Assembly: GCA_016187745.1 (NCBI GenBank)
Contig: JACPJC010000005.1
Location: forward strand, 64,001 to 128,000
Source: Candidatus Iainarchaeum sp.
GTDB taxonomy: Archaea; Iainarchaeota; Iainarchaeia; Iainarchaeales; JAXPJC01
Reading direction: 5' to 3'
DNA: 64,000 bases
Shown here: piece by piece, positions 49,159-58,356 of the stretch
Layout of the letters: the number at the start of each line of letters is the position of its first letter
Position numbering within the stretch: the first letter of the stretch is position 1
The notes under the pieces: model-generated
The model's database searches: none
What the model was told of the DNA's origin: nothing
Seen by the model: the letters and a program-made list of their open reading frames with translations, nothing else
Translations under genes and position numbers: made by a program

Positions 49159-49935
49159 TTGGCGACAACAGTGAAATTGGTGAAGAAGGCAAAGCTCAAG
49201 GCGCCGGTCATTTTCACAGGCCTTCCGGGAATAGGGCTTGTCGGGAAAATTGTTGTTGATTACCTGCTGAAAGAGCTCAATACTGAAAAGATTGCGGAAA
49301 TCATTTCGGATTCATTCCCCCCGAGCGCGCACACAAAAGAGGGGGTGCTGGAACTTATAAAGGACGAGATTTACCATTTCAATTTCAAGGGGAAGGACTA
49401 TCTCTTTTTGTCGGGGCCGGTGCAGCCGAGCCTTGATTTTCGCACAGGAAGCGCGAACGAGCATTATGAATTTGCGCGCGCAATATGCGAATTTCTCAAG
49501 CAGCAGAATGTAAAGGAGGTTTATGCACTTGCGGGGATAAATGTTGGCGAGAAGCGCATGAACCACGAGCCGAAAGTGATTGTTGCTGCAACAAGCAAGG
49601 CGCTTCTGAATGACCTGAAAAAATACGGCGTAATAATTGACAAGAACGAGGGGCTGATAAGCGGGGCGGCAGGCCTTCTCCCGGGAATTGCAGCGGAATT
49701 CGGGATGGATGCAGCGTGCCTGATGGGCGAAACAAATGTGAGGCTGGTTTACGGCGACCATGGCGCAGCAAAGAAAGTTCTGGAGCTTCTGATAAAAAAA
49801 TTCGGATTCAAGGTTGATATGCGCAAAATAGAGAAGGAATCCGTTGAAATAGAAAAGGCCTTTACCCAGCTTGCGGAGCAGCTTGAAGAGCAGGAAGAGA
49901 AGCCATTGCCAAGCGGATTGAGCTATGTTAGATAG
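49159..49935 (+). CDS. PAC2-family proteasome assembly chaperone
   Basis: GLPGIGLVGKI, ISGAAGLL, ACLMGET, C-terminal YVR (HbYX-like). Confidence 0.92.
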   Translation: MATTVKLVKKAKLKAPVIFTGLPGIGLVGKIVVDYLLKELNTEKIAEIISDSFPPSAHTKEGVLELIKDEIYHFNFKGKDYLFLSGPVQPSLDFRTGSANEHYEFARAICEFLKQQNVKEVYALAGINVGEKRMNHEPKVIVAATSKALLNDLKKYGVIIDKNEGLISGAAGLLPGIAAEFGMDAACLMGETNVRLVYGDHGAAKKVLELLIKKFGFKVDMRKIEKESVEIEKAFTQLAEQLEEQEEKPLPSGLSYVR

Positions 49936-49976
49936 CACATATAATTATTAACAATTAAACAAAAATAAAAAATGAA

Positions 49977-50438
49977 ATGAGGCAAAAAATGCAAAAAAAG
50001 CAATTCTGGAAAAGCATAAAAATTAAAAAAGAACAATTGTGGACAATTGTTGGTGTTGCTCTTGTTGCTGCTGTTATTGCTTCAATCACAACAGCCTCTA
50101 TAACTGGGGGTTATACAAAGGCAGAGATTGATGCAAAAATGGAAAAGGTTTCTACAAATCAGGGAGTTCTAAATATGCTGAATGAATGCGTAATCGGGAA
50201 AGTTACAACTCAGGATGGTGAAGAAAGCGGGTTACTAAATAAAGACTTGACTTGCAACGACTTATGCGATTATTATGGAGAAAACATCTGGAACAAGAAG
50301 CTTACTTGTGTAGAAGGGTTCATGCACGTGGCAACTGCAGAAGGATTATCAAGCCCGGAGACATGCAGCACATCCTTTACTGTTTATTCTGACAAGAATC
50401 TCTATTATGAATATGATTGCATTTGTTGCTCTGTTTAA
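49977..50438 (+). CDS. Membrane-anchored Cys-rich exported protein
   Basis: N-terminal TM, 8 Cys ending CICCSV; AT-rich. Confidence 0.7.
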   Translation: MRQKMQKKQFWKSIKIKKEQLWTIVGVALVAAVIASITTASITGGYTKAEIDAKMEKVSTNQGVLNMLNECVIGKVTTQDGEESGLLNKDLTCNDLCDYYGENIWNKKLTCVEGFMHVATAEGLSSPETCSTSFTVYSDKNLYYEYDCICCSV

Positions 50439-50456
50439 GCTTTTATTTTTTAAAAT

Positions 50457-51731
50457 TCAGAACTCCCCAAGCGTCTTCTGCCCTGAGAATTCGGATTTTC
50501 CTGAAATTTCCTTTTCAAGCTCTTTTTGCTTTTGCGCCATTTCCTCTTTGCTCTTGCAGATTACGGGCGTCCCATACTGCCCGCCGCCCCCGGGGATGTA
50601 AATGACATATCCCTTCCTGAAAGATTCAATGTTCTTTGCTGTTTCTGAATGCACTTTTGCAAGCTCTTCCAATGGCGCATCAATAACAGCATTTATCTCA
50701 TTCCCGAAGGCATCAACAAAATTGCGCCAAAGGGTCTGCACTTCCGGCGCCTGCACAATTTTTGCAGCGAGGGAAATCTGTATTATTTCCGCAAGGGAAA
50801 GTATGTGCATGTACGGAGGGCGGAATTTCGGATGATTTTCTTCTTTGTAATTTGCCAATTCAAAAATTCTGTCCCTTACTCCCTTTTTTATTGTTGCCTT
50901 GCATTTCGGGCATTTCCATTTGAAGGCCTCGGCCTCCAGCATTGAGAATTTCGTATAGCACTTATTGCAGGCGCTCAAGTGGTATTTTCCCTCGCGCGGG
51001 TCAAGGCCGGCATTCAGTGTAATCAATGCCTCTTCCCTCTCCCTGAGCGCGTGCCTAAGGGATTTGAAATCAGGCTCTTTCATTTTTATGCGCGTAAACT
51101 CTCTTCCAATCCTGTGCGGATAGGGGGAATGGGAATCGCTTGCGGTAATGAACTGATAATTGTGATTGTCCGCAATGAGGTCGGCGAAATACGAATCTGC
51201 GCTCAATCCGAGCTCCATGAAGTAAATCTCGCTTAGCATTTTCCCATAGCACGAAAGCATTGAATCAAAATGCGCATATATGGAAAAGTAAGGGGTAAAA
51301 GCATGCGCAGGGCCCATAATGCCATTGCAGTCCTTCACAATCTCCGCAGTCTGCTCCGCATTGGTCTTCAGCCTGGGCCTTCCGTTCCCATAGCCGTCAA
51401 GATTTCCGAATTTAAGGAGCCTTTCGCGCAAATTCTCAGCGGAGGCAATGTCCGGCAGATACACAAGATGATGCACCCTGTTCACATCCTGCAATTCTGT
51501 TCCGACAATGAATTTTATTTCCCTTCCCTCAATCCCGAAAATCCCGTTTTCCTCTTCCTTCAGGTTCTGCTTCACATGCTTCAGCCATTCGTTGTGCAGT
51601 ATGTCCGCAGTGCTGCAAATATGCAGGCCCTTAAGCTGCGCCTGCTCCGCTATTACCGGAAGAAGCATGTTCTTGCTGACCCCCCCGGAATAGGGCCCAT
51701 GGAAGTGCAAATCCGCATTGTATTCCCGCAT
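50457..51731 (-). CDS. endoQ: Endonuclease Q (PHP domain + Zn finger)
   Basis: DLHFH..YS, GPAHAFTP, ELGLSAD, SDSHS, GKYH..C..C, C..C..KKGV; C-terminal QKTLGEF PIP box. Confidence 0.9.
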   Translation of the reverse strand: MREYNADLHFHGPYSGGVSKNMLLPVIAEQAQLKGLHICSTADILHNEWLKHVKQNLKEEENGIFGIEGREIKFIVGTELQDVNRVHHLVYLPDIASAENLRERLLKFGNLDGYGNGRPRLKTNAEQTAEIVKDCNGIMGPAHAFTPYFSIYAHFDSMLSCYGKMLSEIYFMELGLSADSYFADLIADNHNYQFITASDSHSPYPHRIGREFTRIKMKEPDFKSLRHALREREEALITLNAGLDPREGKYHLSACNKCYTKFSMLEAEAFKWKCPKCKATIKKGVRDRIFELANYKEENHPKFRPPYMHILSLAEIIQISLAAKIVQAPEVQTLWRNFVDAFGNEINAVIDAPLEELAKVHSETAKNIESFRKGYVIYIPGGGGQYGTPVICKSKEEMAQKQKELEKEISGKSEFSGQKTLGEF

Positions 51732-51786
51732 TTCTCAAAACCCCTAAAAATATCCCTATTTAATGCTTTATAAATGAATATATTAT

Positions 51787-52857
51787 ATGTACCCCCAGGA
51801 GCATACTCCGGAAAAAAGCCAGAGCGTGATGCAGAAGGACTTTTTCAAGGGCATAAAGGAAGCGCAGCTCTATAAAAAACTTGCAAACAAGAAGGTCCAT
51901 TGCCTTGTGTGCAGGCGCTTCTGCGTGATTTCCGACGGGCTAACGGGCGCATGTAGAGTGCGCAAAAACATAAAGGGAAAGCTCTACAGCCTTGTTTATG
52001 GTAGAACGCTTACAATGGCAATTGATCCCATAGAAAAAAAGCCACTGTTCCATTTTATGCCGGGCACTTCCTGCATGAGCATTTCCACCCATGGGTGCAA
52101 TTTCCACTGCACCTTCTGCCAGAACTGGGAAAGCTCGCAGGAATTTACAGAGCACGCAATAACCCAGGTGCCTTACGCTTCCCCCGAACAAATAGTTGAG
52201 CAGACGCTTGAGGCGCATGTCCCCGGAATTTCATACACCTATACCGAGCCAACAATATTCTTTGAATACGCCCTTGACACGATGAAGCTTGCGAAGAAAG
52301 CCGGGCTTTACAATGTGTGGGTTTCAAACGGCTACATGTCAAGGCAAGTGGCAGATGCGATAATCCCCTATCTTGACGCAATAAACATTGATTTGAAGGG
52401 GAACGCGGATTTTTACAAAAAGCTCTGCGTCGGGATAGACATAATGGGGGTGAAGGAGAACATAAAATATTTTGCCAAGAAAAAGGTCCATGTTGAAGTT
52501 ACTAACTTAATTGTTCCGGGCTTCAATGACAAGGACACTGACTTCAAGGAAGTGGCGCAGTTCATAAAAAAAATAAACCCGGGAATGCCGCTGCATTTCT
52601 CAAAATTCTTCCCGAACTACAAGCTCAATTATCTGCCCCAGACCCCGGAAGAGAAAATCCTGCGCGCGAAGGAGATTGCGGAAAAATCCGGATTGAAATA
52701 CGTTTATGCCGGAAACCTCGCCAAAGAGGAAAGCACTTTCTGCGAAAAATGCAAAAACATACTGATAAAGCGCGCTGGCTTTGAGGCAAGCATAATGGGA
52801 ATTGATTCCGAGGGCAAATGCAAGCGCTGCGGGACAAAGGCAAACATCATCCTATAG
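51787..52857 (+). CDS. AmmeMemoRadiSam-type radical SAM enzyme
   Basis: CLVCRRFC...GACRVR, DPIEKKPLFHF, GCNFHCTFCQNW, YTYTEP. Confidence 0.92.
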   Translation: MYPQEHTPEKSQSVMQKDFFKGIKEAQLYKKLANKKVHCLVCRRFCVISDGLTGACRVRKNIKGKLYSLVYGRTLTMAIDPIEKKPLFHFMPGTSCMSISTHGCNFHCTFCQNWESSQEFTEHAITQVPYASPEQIVEQTLEAHVPGISYTYTEPTIFFEYALDTMKLAKKAGLYNVWVSNGYMSRQVADAIIPYLDAINIDLKGNADFYKKLCVGIDIMGVKENIKYFAKKKVHVEVTNLIVPGFNDKDTDFKEVAQFIKKINPGMPLHFSKFFPNYKLNYLPQTPEEKILRAKEIAEKSGLKYVYAGNLAKEESTFCEKCKNILIKRAGFEASIMGIDSEGKCKRCGTKANIIL

Positions 52858-53130
52858 CCTAAGCGCCTTTTTAATGTCATTCCGCCTGCCTTCGGATATG
52901 CCTGTAAATTCCTCGTCACGTTTCATAAGGATGATTTCTTTTCCTGTTTTATCAGCCACCTTGGCATAAGTTAAGCCCTCGTATTCAAACGTTTTTATAA
53001 TTCTTTCAAAATCCCTGCCAGGAGTATAATTCTTATGCAAAGCAAAAACAGCGCGCTCGCGCGCTTTCTCAACTGATTCAAGACTCTTCCTGACCCCTTG
53101 CCTGTATGTTTTGTATCTCGGCGGCATCAT
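52852..53130 (-). CDS. Small basic hypothetical protein
   Basis: 92-aa ORF, 4-nt overlap with the upstream gene. Confidence 0.6.
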   Translation of the reverse strand: MMPPRYKTYRQGVRKSLESVEKARERAVFALHKNYTPGRDFERIIKTFEYEGLTYAKVADKTGKEIILMKRDEEFTGISEGRRNDIKKALRL

Positions 53131-53438
53131 CCGACCCCGAGGAATTTGAGTATAAGGACAGTTGCAATTCCCGCAGGGCCCCCGATTGCAGCTGAAACAA
53201 GCGCGGGCCAGAAAGGCAGCTCAATATTGAAAACAAAATGTATTATCCCCCACACAACAAACCCAAGGACGGAATTTATGACAATCTGCCTCAGCACAAG
53301 GAAAATTATGACAGTTACAACAATAAGCGCAACAGCTGCAATAAGAATCCAGTAATTCCCCGCAAGGCCTTTTGCTGCCTCGGCTGCTCCGCTTGCAGCA
53401 GCGCCGGCAAGGTCATTGGCAATCAATGCAAAGCCCAT
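53127..53438 (-). CDS. BofA-like small membrane protein
   Basis: INSVLG...SAAIGGPAG pattern, three TM helices. Confidence 0.75.
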   Translation of the reverse strand: MGFALIANDLAGAAASGAAEAAKGLAGNYWILIAAVALIVVTVIIFLVLRQIVINSVLGFVVWGIIHFVFNIELPFWPALVSAAIGGPAGIATVLILKFLGVG

Positions 53439-53514
53439 ATCATACCCAATTAATTTAGATTTAAACCAGTATTAAAGCCTAACCCTTTTAATCCCTTCCC
53501 ACAACAGTTCATTA

Positions 53515-54156
53515 ATGGCGCAATTATCCGAACTGCAGAAGCGCATTGGCTCTTCCCTGCAGCGCAGGCCGGGCACAATGGAGGAGATGCAGGCCTCACT
53601 GAAAATCGGAAGCTCGGAGCTGAGCGCGGAACTGAAGCAGATGCTGAAACTGGGGCTTATTGAAAAGCTGCCCGGATTCCCAATAAAATATGCGCTCAGG
53701 AAGGAAATTACAGGCGAGCTGGACAGGCGCAAATCAATTGAAGTTGAAGACCCAAACAAGCTGCGCCTCAAGATAATAATTGAAATCCAGGCGATTGAGG
53801 AAAGCCTAATTAAGAAGCAGATTGACGACATTACCAAAGGCCTTCGCAAGGAGGAAAATTTCACAATCTATGCGCTGGATGCGGCTGAAATAATAAAAGA
53901 GGGCGAGCACTACTCAAGCTATCTGGAACTGAACTTAACGGTAAAGAATTTCAAGGCGCTTGTAAGGCTGATGTTTTTCTACGGGCCCACAAGCGTTGAG
54001 GTAATAAAGCCCAAGGAATACAAATTCAGCGCCGCGGACCTGCAGGATGCGCTTGTTGATTTTGCGCAGATGGTGCACAATTACACTGAATATATAACAA
54101 AGCTCATGAACCGCAAGGAGCTTGATGAGTTCTATGGCAAGGTTTTCGGGCCATAA
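53515..54156 (+). CDS. Hypothetical protein with N-terminal wHTH
   Basis: HTH-like N-terminus; C-terminal YGPTSVEVIKP domain. Confidence 0.75.
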   Translation: MAQLSELQKRIGSSLQRRPGTMEEMQASLKIGSSELSAELKQMLKLGLIEKLPGFPIKYALRKEITGELDRRKSIEVEDPNKLRLKIIIEIQAIEESLIKKQIDDITKGLRKEENFTIYALDAAEIIKEGEHYSSYLELNLTVKNFKALVRLMFFYGPTSVEVIKPKEYKFSAADLQDALVDFAQMVHNYTEYITKLMNRKELDEFYGKVFGP

Positions 54157-54170
54157 ATAGCAAAACAAGA

Positions 54171-54255
54171 ATGTGGACCGAGCGCCCTTGCGAGCTGAAC
54201 CCTAGTTTGCCCCCAGGAATGGTTACCTGCAGAACGCCCTAGCATCAGTTCACAT
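54171..54255 (-). ncRNA. Candidate structured small RNA, class not recognised
   Basis: Terminal 11-bp stem, G-U-rich inner stem, GCUC-GCAA-GGGC tetraloop hairpin; TTAAATA box at 54276-54282; U-rich tract downstream. Confidence 0.6.
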
Positions 54256-54355
54256 ATATACTCTTCACAAACAACTATTTAAGAGTTTTGCAGTGTCTAA
54301 AGCCCATAACCAAAAGCCTTTTATATTAGTCGTAGATTAGTAGTATACGAGATAT

Positions 54356-54640
54356 ATGAGGACGCTTACAACAGTTGTAAAGGACGAATATGTTGAGCTG
54401 CTGGACAAGGCAATCAGCAATTCAAGGATGTACAGCTCAAGAAGCGAGTTTCTTAAGGATGCAGTAAGGGAAAAGCTTGAAAAGCTGATCAAGTTCAATG
54501 AAGAAACAGCAGACATAAGGGTAGGGGCAAGAAAGTTAGCTGCCCTAGCAAAGGCAAGGGGATGGGACGGCAGCCTGATTACAAGGGAAGAAAAGGAGAA
54601 GGCCCATCAGGAACTGCTAAAAAAGAAAGGCTTTATATAA
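54356..54640 (+). CDS. Ribbon-helix-helix (CopG-like) protein, putative antitoxin
   Basis: MRTLTTVV...LLDKAI..MYSSRSEFLKDAVREKL. Confidence 0.82.
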   Translation: MRTLTTVVKDEYVELLDKAISNSRMYSSRSEFLKDAVREKLEKLIKFNEETADIRVGARKLAALAKARGWDGSLITREEKEKAHQELLKKKGFI

Positions 54641-55082
54641 ATTTTATAAATTCATCAGGCTCTCTGATTCTGATAACTGCCATTGCCTTTTCAAAATCCC
54701 TTCTGTTGAACGTAACAATCGCATTGCATTTTAGCCTGAGAGCAATTGCCAAATGTTTTGCATCTGAAGAATGAATGCCAATGGCCATAAACTTCCTGAC
54801 TTCTGGGAAATCCTGATTCGTAAATTCAGCTTGCTCAGTCTTTATATTAATTGATTTAAAATAGCCAAGGGCATCCTCCTTTTTCATATTGAGTTTTTTT
54901 TGAACTTCTGAGAAGAACAAATCAGAAACCACAACAATTGCCCCATATTTTCTGACATAATCAAAGAATGCAGAAGATTCGCTGAATAAGGATCTGAAAT
55001 TACCATTAATCTCTTCCCGCAGCAGAGATATTAGAACATTGGAATCAAGGTAAAACCTTTCGGCAGGCATATTAATTATCAA
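54633..55082 (-). CDS. PIN-domain (VapC-like) ribonuclease
   Basis: YLDSNVLI, SEV, DAKHLAIA, IVTFNRRDF, PDEF. Confidence 0.88.
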   Translation of the reverse strand: MIINMPAERFYLDSNVLISLLREEINGNFRSLFSESSAFFDYVRKYGAIVVVSDLFFSEVQKKLNMKKEDALGYFKSINIKTEQAEFTNQDFPEVRKFMAIGIHSSDAKHLAIALRLKCNAIVTFNRRDFEKAMAVIRIREPDEFIKFI

Positions 55083-55227
55083 CTACAACACTCTTTTAAT
55101 ATATTCGTTTTTCAACGAAGTAGTAGCCCATTCGCCCATCGCCAAGGGGCACTTCGCCAAAAGCCTTAAAAAATGCCCCAAAAAGCCCCCTCGGGCGCCC
55201 CCGGCTTTAAAAGCCTTTCCCACTGAC

Positions 55228-55350
55228 CGAAACCTATTTAAATGAGTCCCAGATTTTATATAAAAGCCGTAATAGATAACTGTCTTCAATTATTTTTTCT
55301 ATTGCATTGTTATTGGCGGTTATCTATTTTTGGCTAGATTTGTGAGGTGA
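55228..55350 (+). promoter_or_regulatory. S-layer gene promoter region and RBS
   Basis: cgaaa BRE-like + atttaaat (~55228-55243), second TATA-like ttttatataa; GAGGTGA at 55344-55350. Confidence 0.55.
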
Positions 55351-55354
55351 ATTA

Positions 55355-58252
55355 ATGAAAGGACTAAATGTAAAGAAGCTGGCCGCTGTTGCAGCAGGCG
55401 CTGCATTAGTGGGAAGCGCTTTACTGCCTATCGTAACTGCAGCTGCCTCTGATTTGACGAAGACAGATATCTATTCAGACGGCACACCAGCAGTCAATGT
55501 GGTTGTTGGTGCAAGCGCAGCTGTAAGCGACGTAGTATGGGCAGGAAACATCGCAGCAGCAGTAGCTAGAAACGCGGTAACAACTACCGACACAACAGGA
55601 ACTCCCAGCGCTGGGACATGCTCAGGCACATGGGAAGCTCCATCAGACCTCAAGGCAAAGCTCGTTGTTGGCGGCACAACCACAATAACAGGCGGAGCAA
55701 GAGAGCTGATAACTGCATTAGTGAATAACAAGGTAAACACAGCGGAGTACCAGGAATCAGTAGGAAATGCCTACTTCACAAGCTTCAAGAACGGAAGCTT
55801 AACCGCCAAAAAGGGCACAGACACAAACAGCATAACAGAAACAGAAACTATTGGTGTGAAGATAGATGCAAGCTGGGACACAACACACACAGATGTTAAG
55901 GACCTTGTAGCAGTAATAAACAACGGCGACCTTAACTATGTGGCTGACTTCGGTTCAGGCGTAGTGCCATGCGCATACACTGACACAGGATCAGCGGACT
56001 ATGTGCCAATAAACTTCCTCGGCAAGCCATACGTCATTGACTCAGTAAATTCCGACTGCACACAGGTCGAATTAGTAACAAACACTGCTGAGACAATAAT
56101 GGCTGTCGGCGACACAGTTGATGTAACCGGCAGAACCGCAGGAACCGCATACAAGTTCAAGTTAATGGGCGGTTCAACAAAGAGCGACGGCACATACCAG
56201 GCACAGATTGAATTGCAGGATGCAAACGGGAATAAATTGCAGAGCCAGCAATTCACTGCAAGCACAACCTCGGATGTTACATTCTATGACGGTGTAGGCG
56301 CAAACCTCATCGAAACAAGGGTAACACTGAAGTCAATCGCAAAGCAGTCTGTTGCCAGCAGCGATGTCTGGAGCTTCACCTTATTGGTAGGCTCTGACAG
56401 AATAACCGTCAAAAACGGACAGAGATTCCCATACGATCCAAACAACACTTCAGGAACATATCCCTGGACAGGCACAATAACCTTGGGCAGCTCAAGCACA
56501 ATGGTTGCAAAGCTTATTGTGAAGAACCAGGCAAAAGTCTGGGATGCAACAAACCCGCTCTACTCAAGCACATATTCCTTGAAGAGCACGGGAAACAGCA
56601 AAGCAATAATCCTGGAAGGAAGCGGTTTGGACACTCTTGGAGAAGTAGAATTCAAGGGATACTATGACTCAGGAGTGCAGAAAACAACCATTAAGTTCCA
56701 GCCATCAGGGGCTGATGTGACAGGCCAAGCAACAGCATATGGTAACCTGGACTACTACGATGCATCATCTGTGCATCACATGATACCATACGCAATGAAG
56801 TTGTCTTCAGTCGGCTACGGAAGCGGAACATTCGTTTTCGAAGGCCAGACATACAACTTCAGAGCAGGCATTACACCGGCTCCCGGAACAGCAGAAAGTT
56901 CACTCTCCTCAGGAGATGGAAACTTCTGGTTCAAGACCGGCTCAACTATCGGCTCAGGCACATCACAGAACGGGTCTGACAGCAACTACACACTAGATGG
57001 CAACACAGGAAACAACGAGTGGGGAAATCCAGGGGACATTGATGCGAATGTTGGCATACAGCCAGCAGGCGTTTCTGGCCTGAAATCCCTGTACACAGGA
57101 ACATACAGCCCTGTTCTAACATTGACAGGACGAAACAGCAAGACCTATAACTATGCCTTGAAAGCAACAGCATCAGGATTGTGGCTTGTCTTGACAGGCT
57201 ACTACGACAGCAACAATGCAGCGCCATACACAGGAAAGATAGATGACTTGCAGTGGAATGCAGGAACTATCTGGCTGTTGGGAACAGACTACGACGACAT
57301 AAACGGCATTGCAACAAGGGCATCAGACACAAACCTCTATCAGTCAATAGTGAATTCCACAACCAAATTGCAGAACTCAGACACACTGCAGGGCAGGTCA
57401 CCGGGGTCAGTATTGCCATACTACGCGCCAGACACTGTTGAATTCGGAGCAAATCCGGGTGCAACAACAGGCATCTTCAAGACAGCAGTCTTCAAGATAA
57501 AGCCAATAGCGGTAGGCACGACAATGCCAGACTACAGCTCTGATGCGCAGAGAGGCCCAACAATTTATGTGGACACAGCAGACCACAAGATTGTTGACAC
57601 AGCAAACATCAACAAGACCAACTACACAGGAAAGCTCACAGCAATAGACTACAACTCAGACATTGCGGGCACAAGGGACTACAACATCAATAACCTGAGC
57701 GAATACACAGGCTCTAGCTCAACCTACACACAAGGGTTTGATGCAAACGGCGTATTGTACAAGCTTGCAAGCCGCGAGCTCACAGTGACAATACCGAATG
57801 CAGCTATGAAAGCCTATGTTGTTGTGAAGAGCAACGATGTAAAGTCCTCAGTAACCGGAGAAACCCTTGAAATTGCAAAGGGCGAATCCAAGACAACCAC
57901 AGGCGGAACAAAGATAGATGTAACTGACCTGACCTACACAGCAGGCTCATGCGGCGCCGCAACAGGCGACATCACATGCAGCGCTGTTACAAGCAGCACT
58001 GTAGCAAGCGGCTACGGCAACTTGGTTGTAACAGACTCAAGCGCAGGAACAGGCAGGCACATCATTGTTGGCGGATGGAAAGTCAACAAGCTGGCAAAAG
58101 ACCTGGACTTGGAGGCAGAGCTGACAGCAGCAGGCGACAAGGTTGTTGATGTAACAGCCGATGGCGATGTTGTTGTTGCAGGATACACAGCCTCAGACAC
58201 AGGCAACGCAGCAAAGGAATTGATTGCCGCACTGGACGCAGGTCTTGCGTAA
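55355..58252 (+). CDS. S-layer protein (Methanococcus/Thermococcus-type terminal domains)
   Basis: KKLAAVAAGAALVG signal, VVVGASAAVSDV N-domain, IIVGG..VNKL and VVAG...DT..AA C-domain; Thr/Gly/Ser-rich; strong codon bias. Confidence 0.92.
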   Translation: MKGLNVKKLAAVAAGAALVGSALLPIVTAAASDLTKTDIYSDGTPAVNVVVGASAAVSDVVWAGNIAAAVARNAVTTTDTTGTPSAGTCSGTWEAPSDLKAKLVVGGTTTITGGARELITALVNNKVNTAEYQESVGNAYFTSFKNGSLTAKKGTDTNSITETETIGVKIDASWDTTHTDVKDLVAVINNGDLNYVADFGSGVVPCAYTDTGSADYVPINFLGKPYVIDSVNSDCTQVELVTNTAETIMAVGDTVDVTGRTAGTAYKFKLMGGSTKSDGTYQAQIELQDANGNKLQSQQFTASTTSDVTFYDGVGANLIETRVTLKSIAKQSVASSDVWSFTLLVGSDRITVKNGQRFPYDPNNTSGTYPWTGTITLGSSSTMVAKLIVKNQAKVWDATNPLYSSTYSLKSTGNSKAIILEGSGLDTLGEVEFKGYYDSGVQKTTIKFQPSGADVTGQATAYGNLDYYDASSVHHMIPYAMKLSSVGYGSGTFVFEGQTYNFRAGITPAPGTAESSLSSGDGNFWFKTGSTIGSGTSQNGSDSNYTLDGNTGNNEWGNPGDIDANVGIQPAGVSGLKSLYTGTYSPVLTLTGRNSKTYNYALKATASGLWLVLTGYYDSNNAAPYTGKIDDLQWNAGTIWLLGTDYDDINGIATRASDTNLYQSIVNSTTKLQNSDTLQGRSPGSVLPYYAPDTVEFGANPGATTGIFKTAVFKIKPIAVGTTMPDYSSDAQRGPTIYVDTADHKIVDTANINKTNYTGKLTAIDYNSDIAGTRDYNINNLSEYTGSSSTYTQGFDANGVLYKLASRELTVTIPNAAMKAYVVVKSNDVKSSVTGETLEIAKGESKTTTGGTKIDVTDLTYTAGSCGAATGDITCSAVTSSTVASGYGNLVVTDSSAGTGRHIIVGGWKVNKLAKDLDLEAELTAAGDKVVDVTADGDVVVAGYTASDTGNAAKELIAALDAGLA

Positions 58253-58259
58253 GTAGCAC

Positions 58260-58308
58260 AAAAAAACGGGCTTCAAAACCCGTTCTTTTTTTCTTTTTCT
58301 TTTATTTT
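58260..58308 (+). terminator. Hairpin + long U-tract terminator after the S-layer gene
   Basis: aacggg-cttcaaaa-cccgtt followed by cttttttt ctttttcttttt. Confidence 0.75.
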
Positions 58309-58356
58309 CATTAAACCCAGCCGCAAGGCTTTTTATTGGTTTTGATTGTAATCTGA

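Noticed and set aside
54171-54255. Hammerhead ribozyme, C/D box or H/ACA guide assignment for the structured RNA
   Set aside because: CUGAUGC rather than CUGAUGA, no GAAA core, no terminal CUGA D box, and the 3' ACA lies within the terminal stem
55083-55289. 68-aa minus ORF / GC-rich patches resembling a riboswitch upstream of the PIN gene
   Set aside because: Overlaps the S-layer promoter region; GGCGATGG is present but the rest of the fluoride-riboswitch consensus is not
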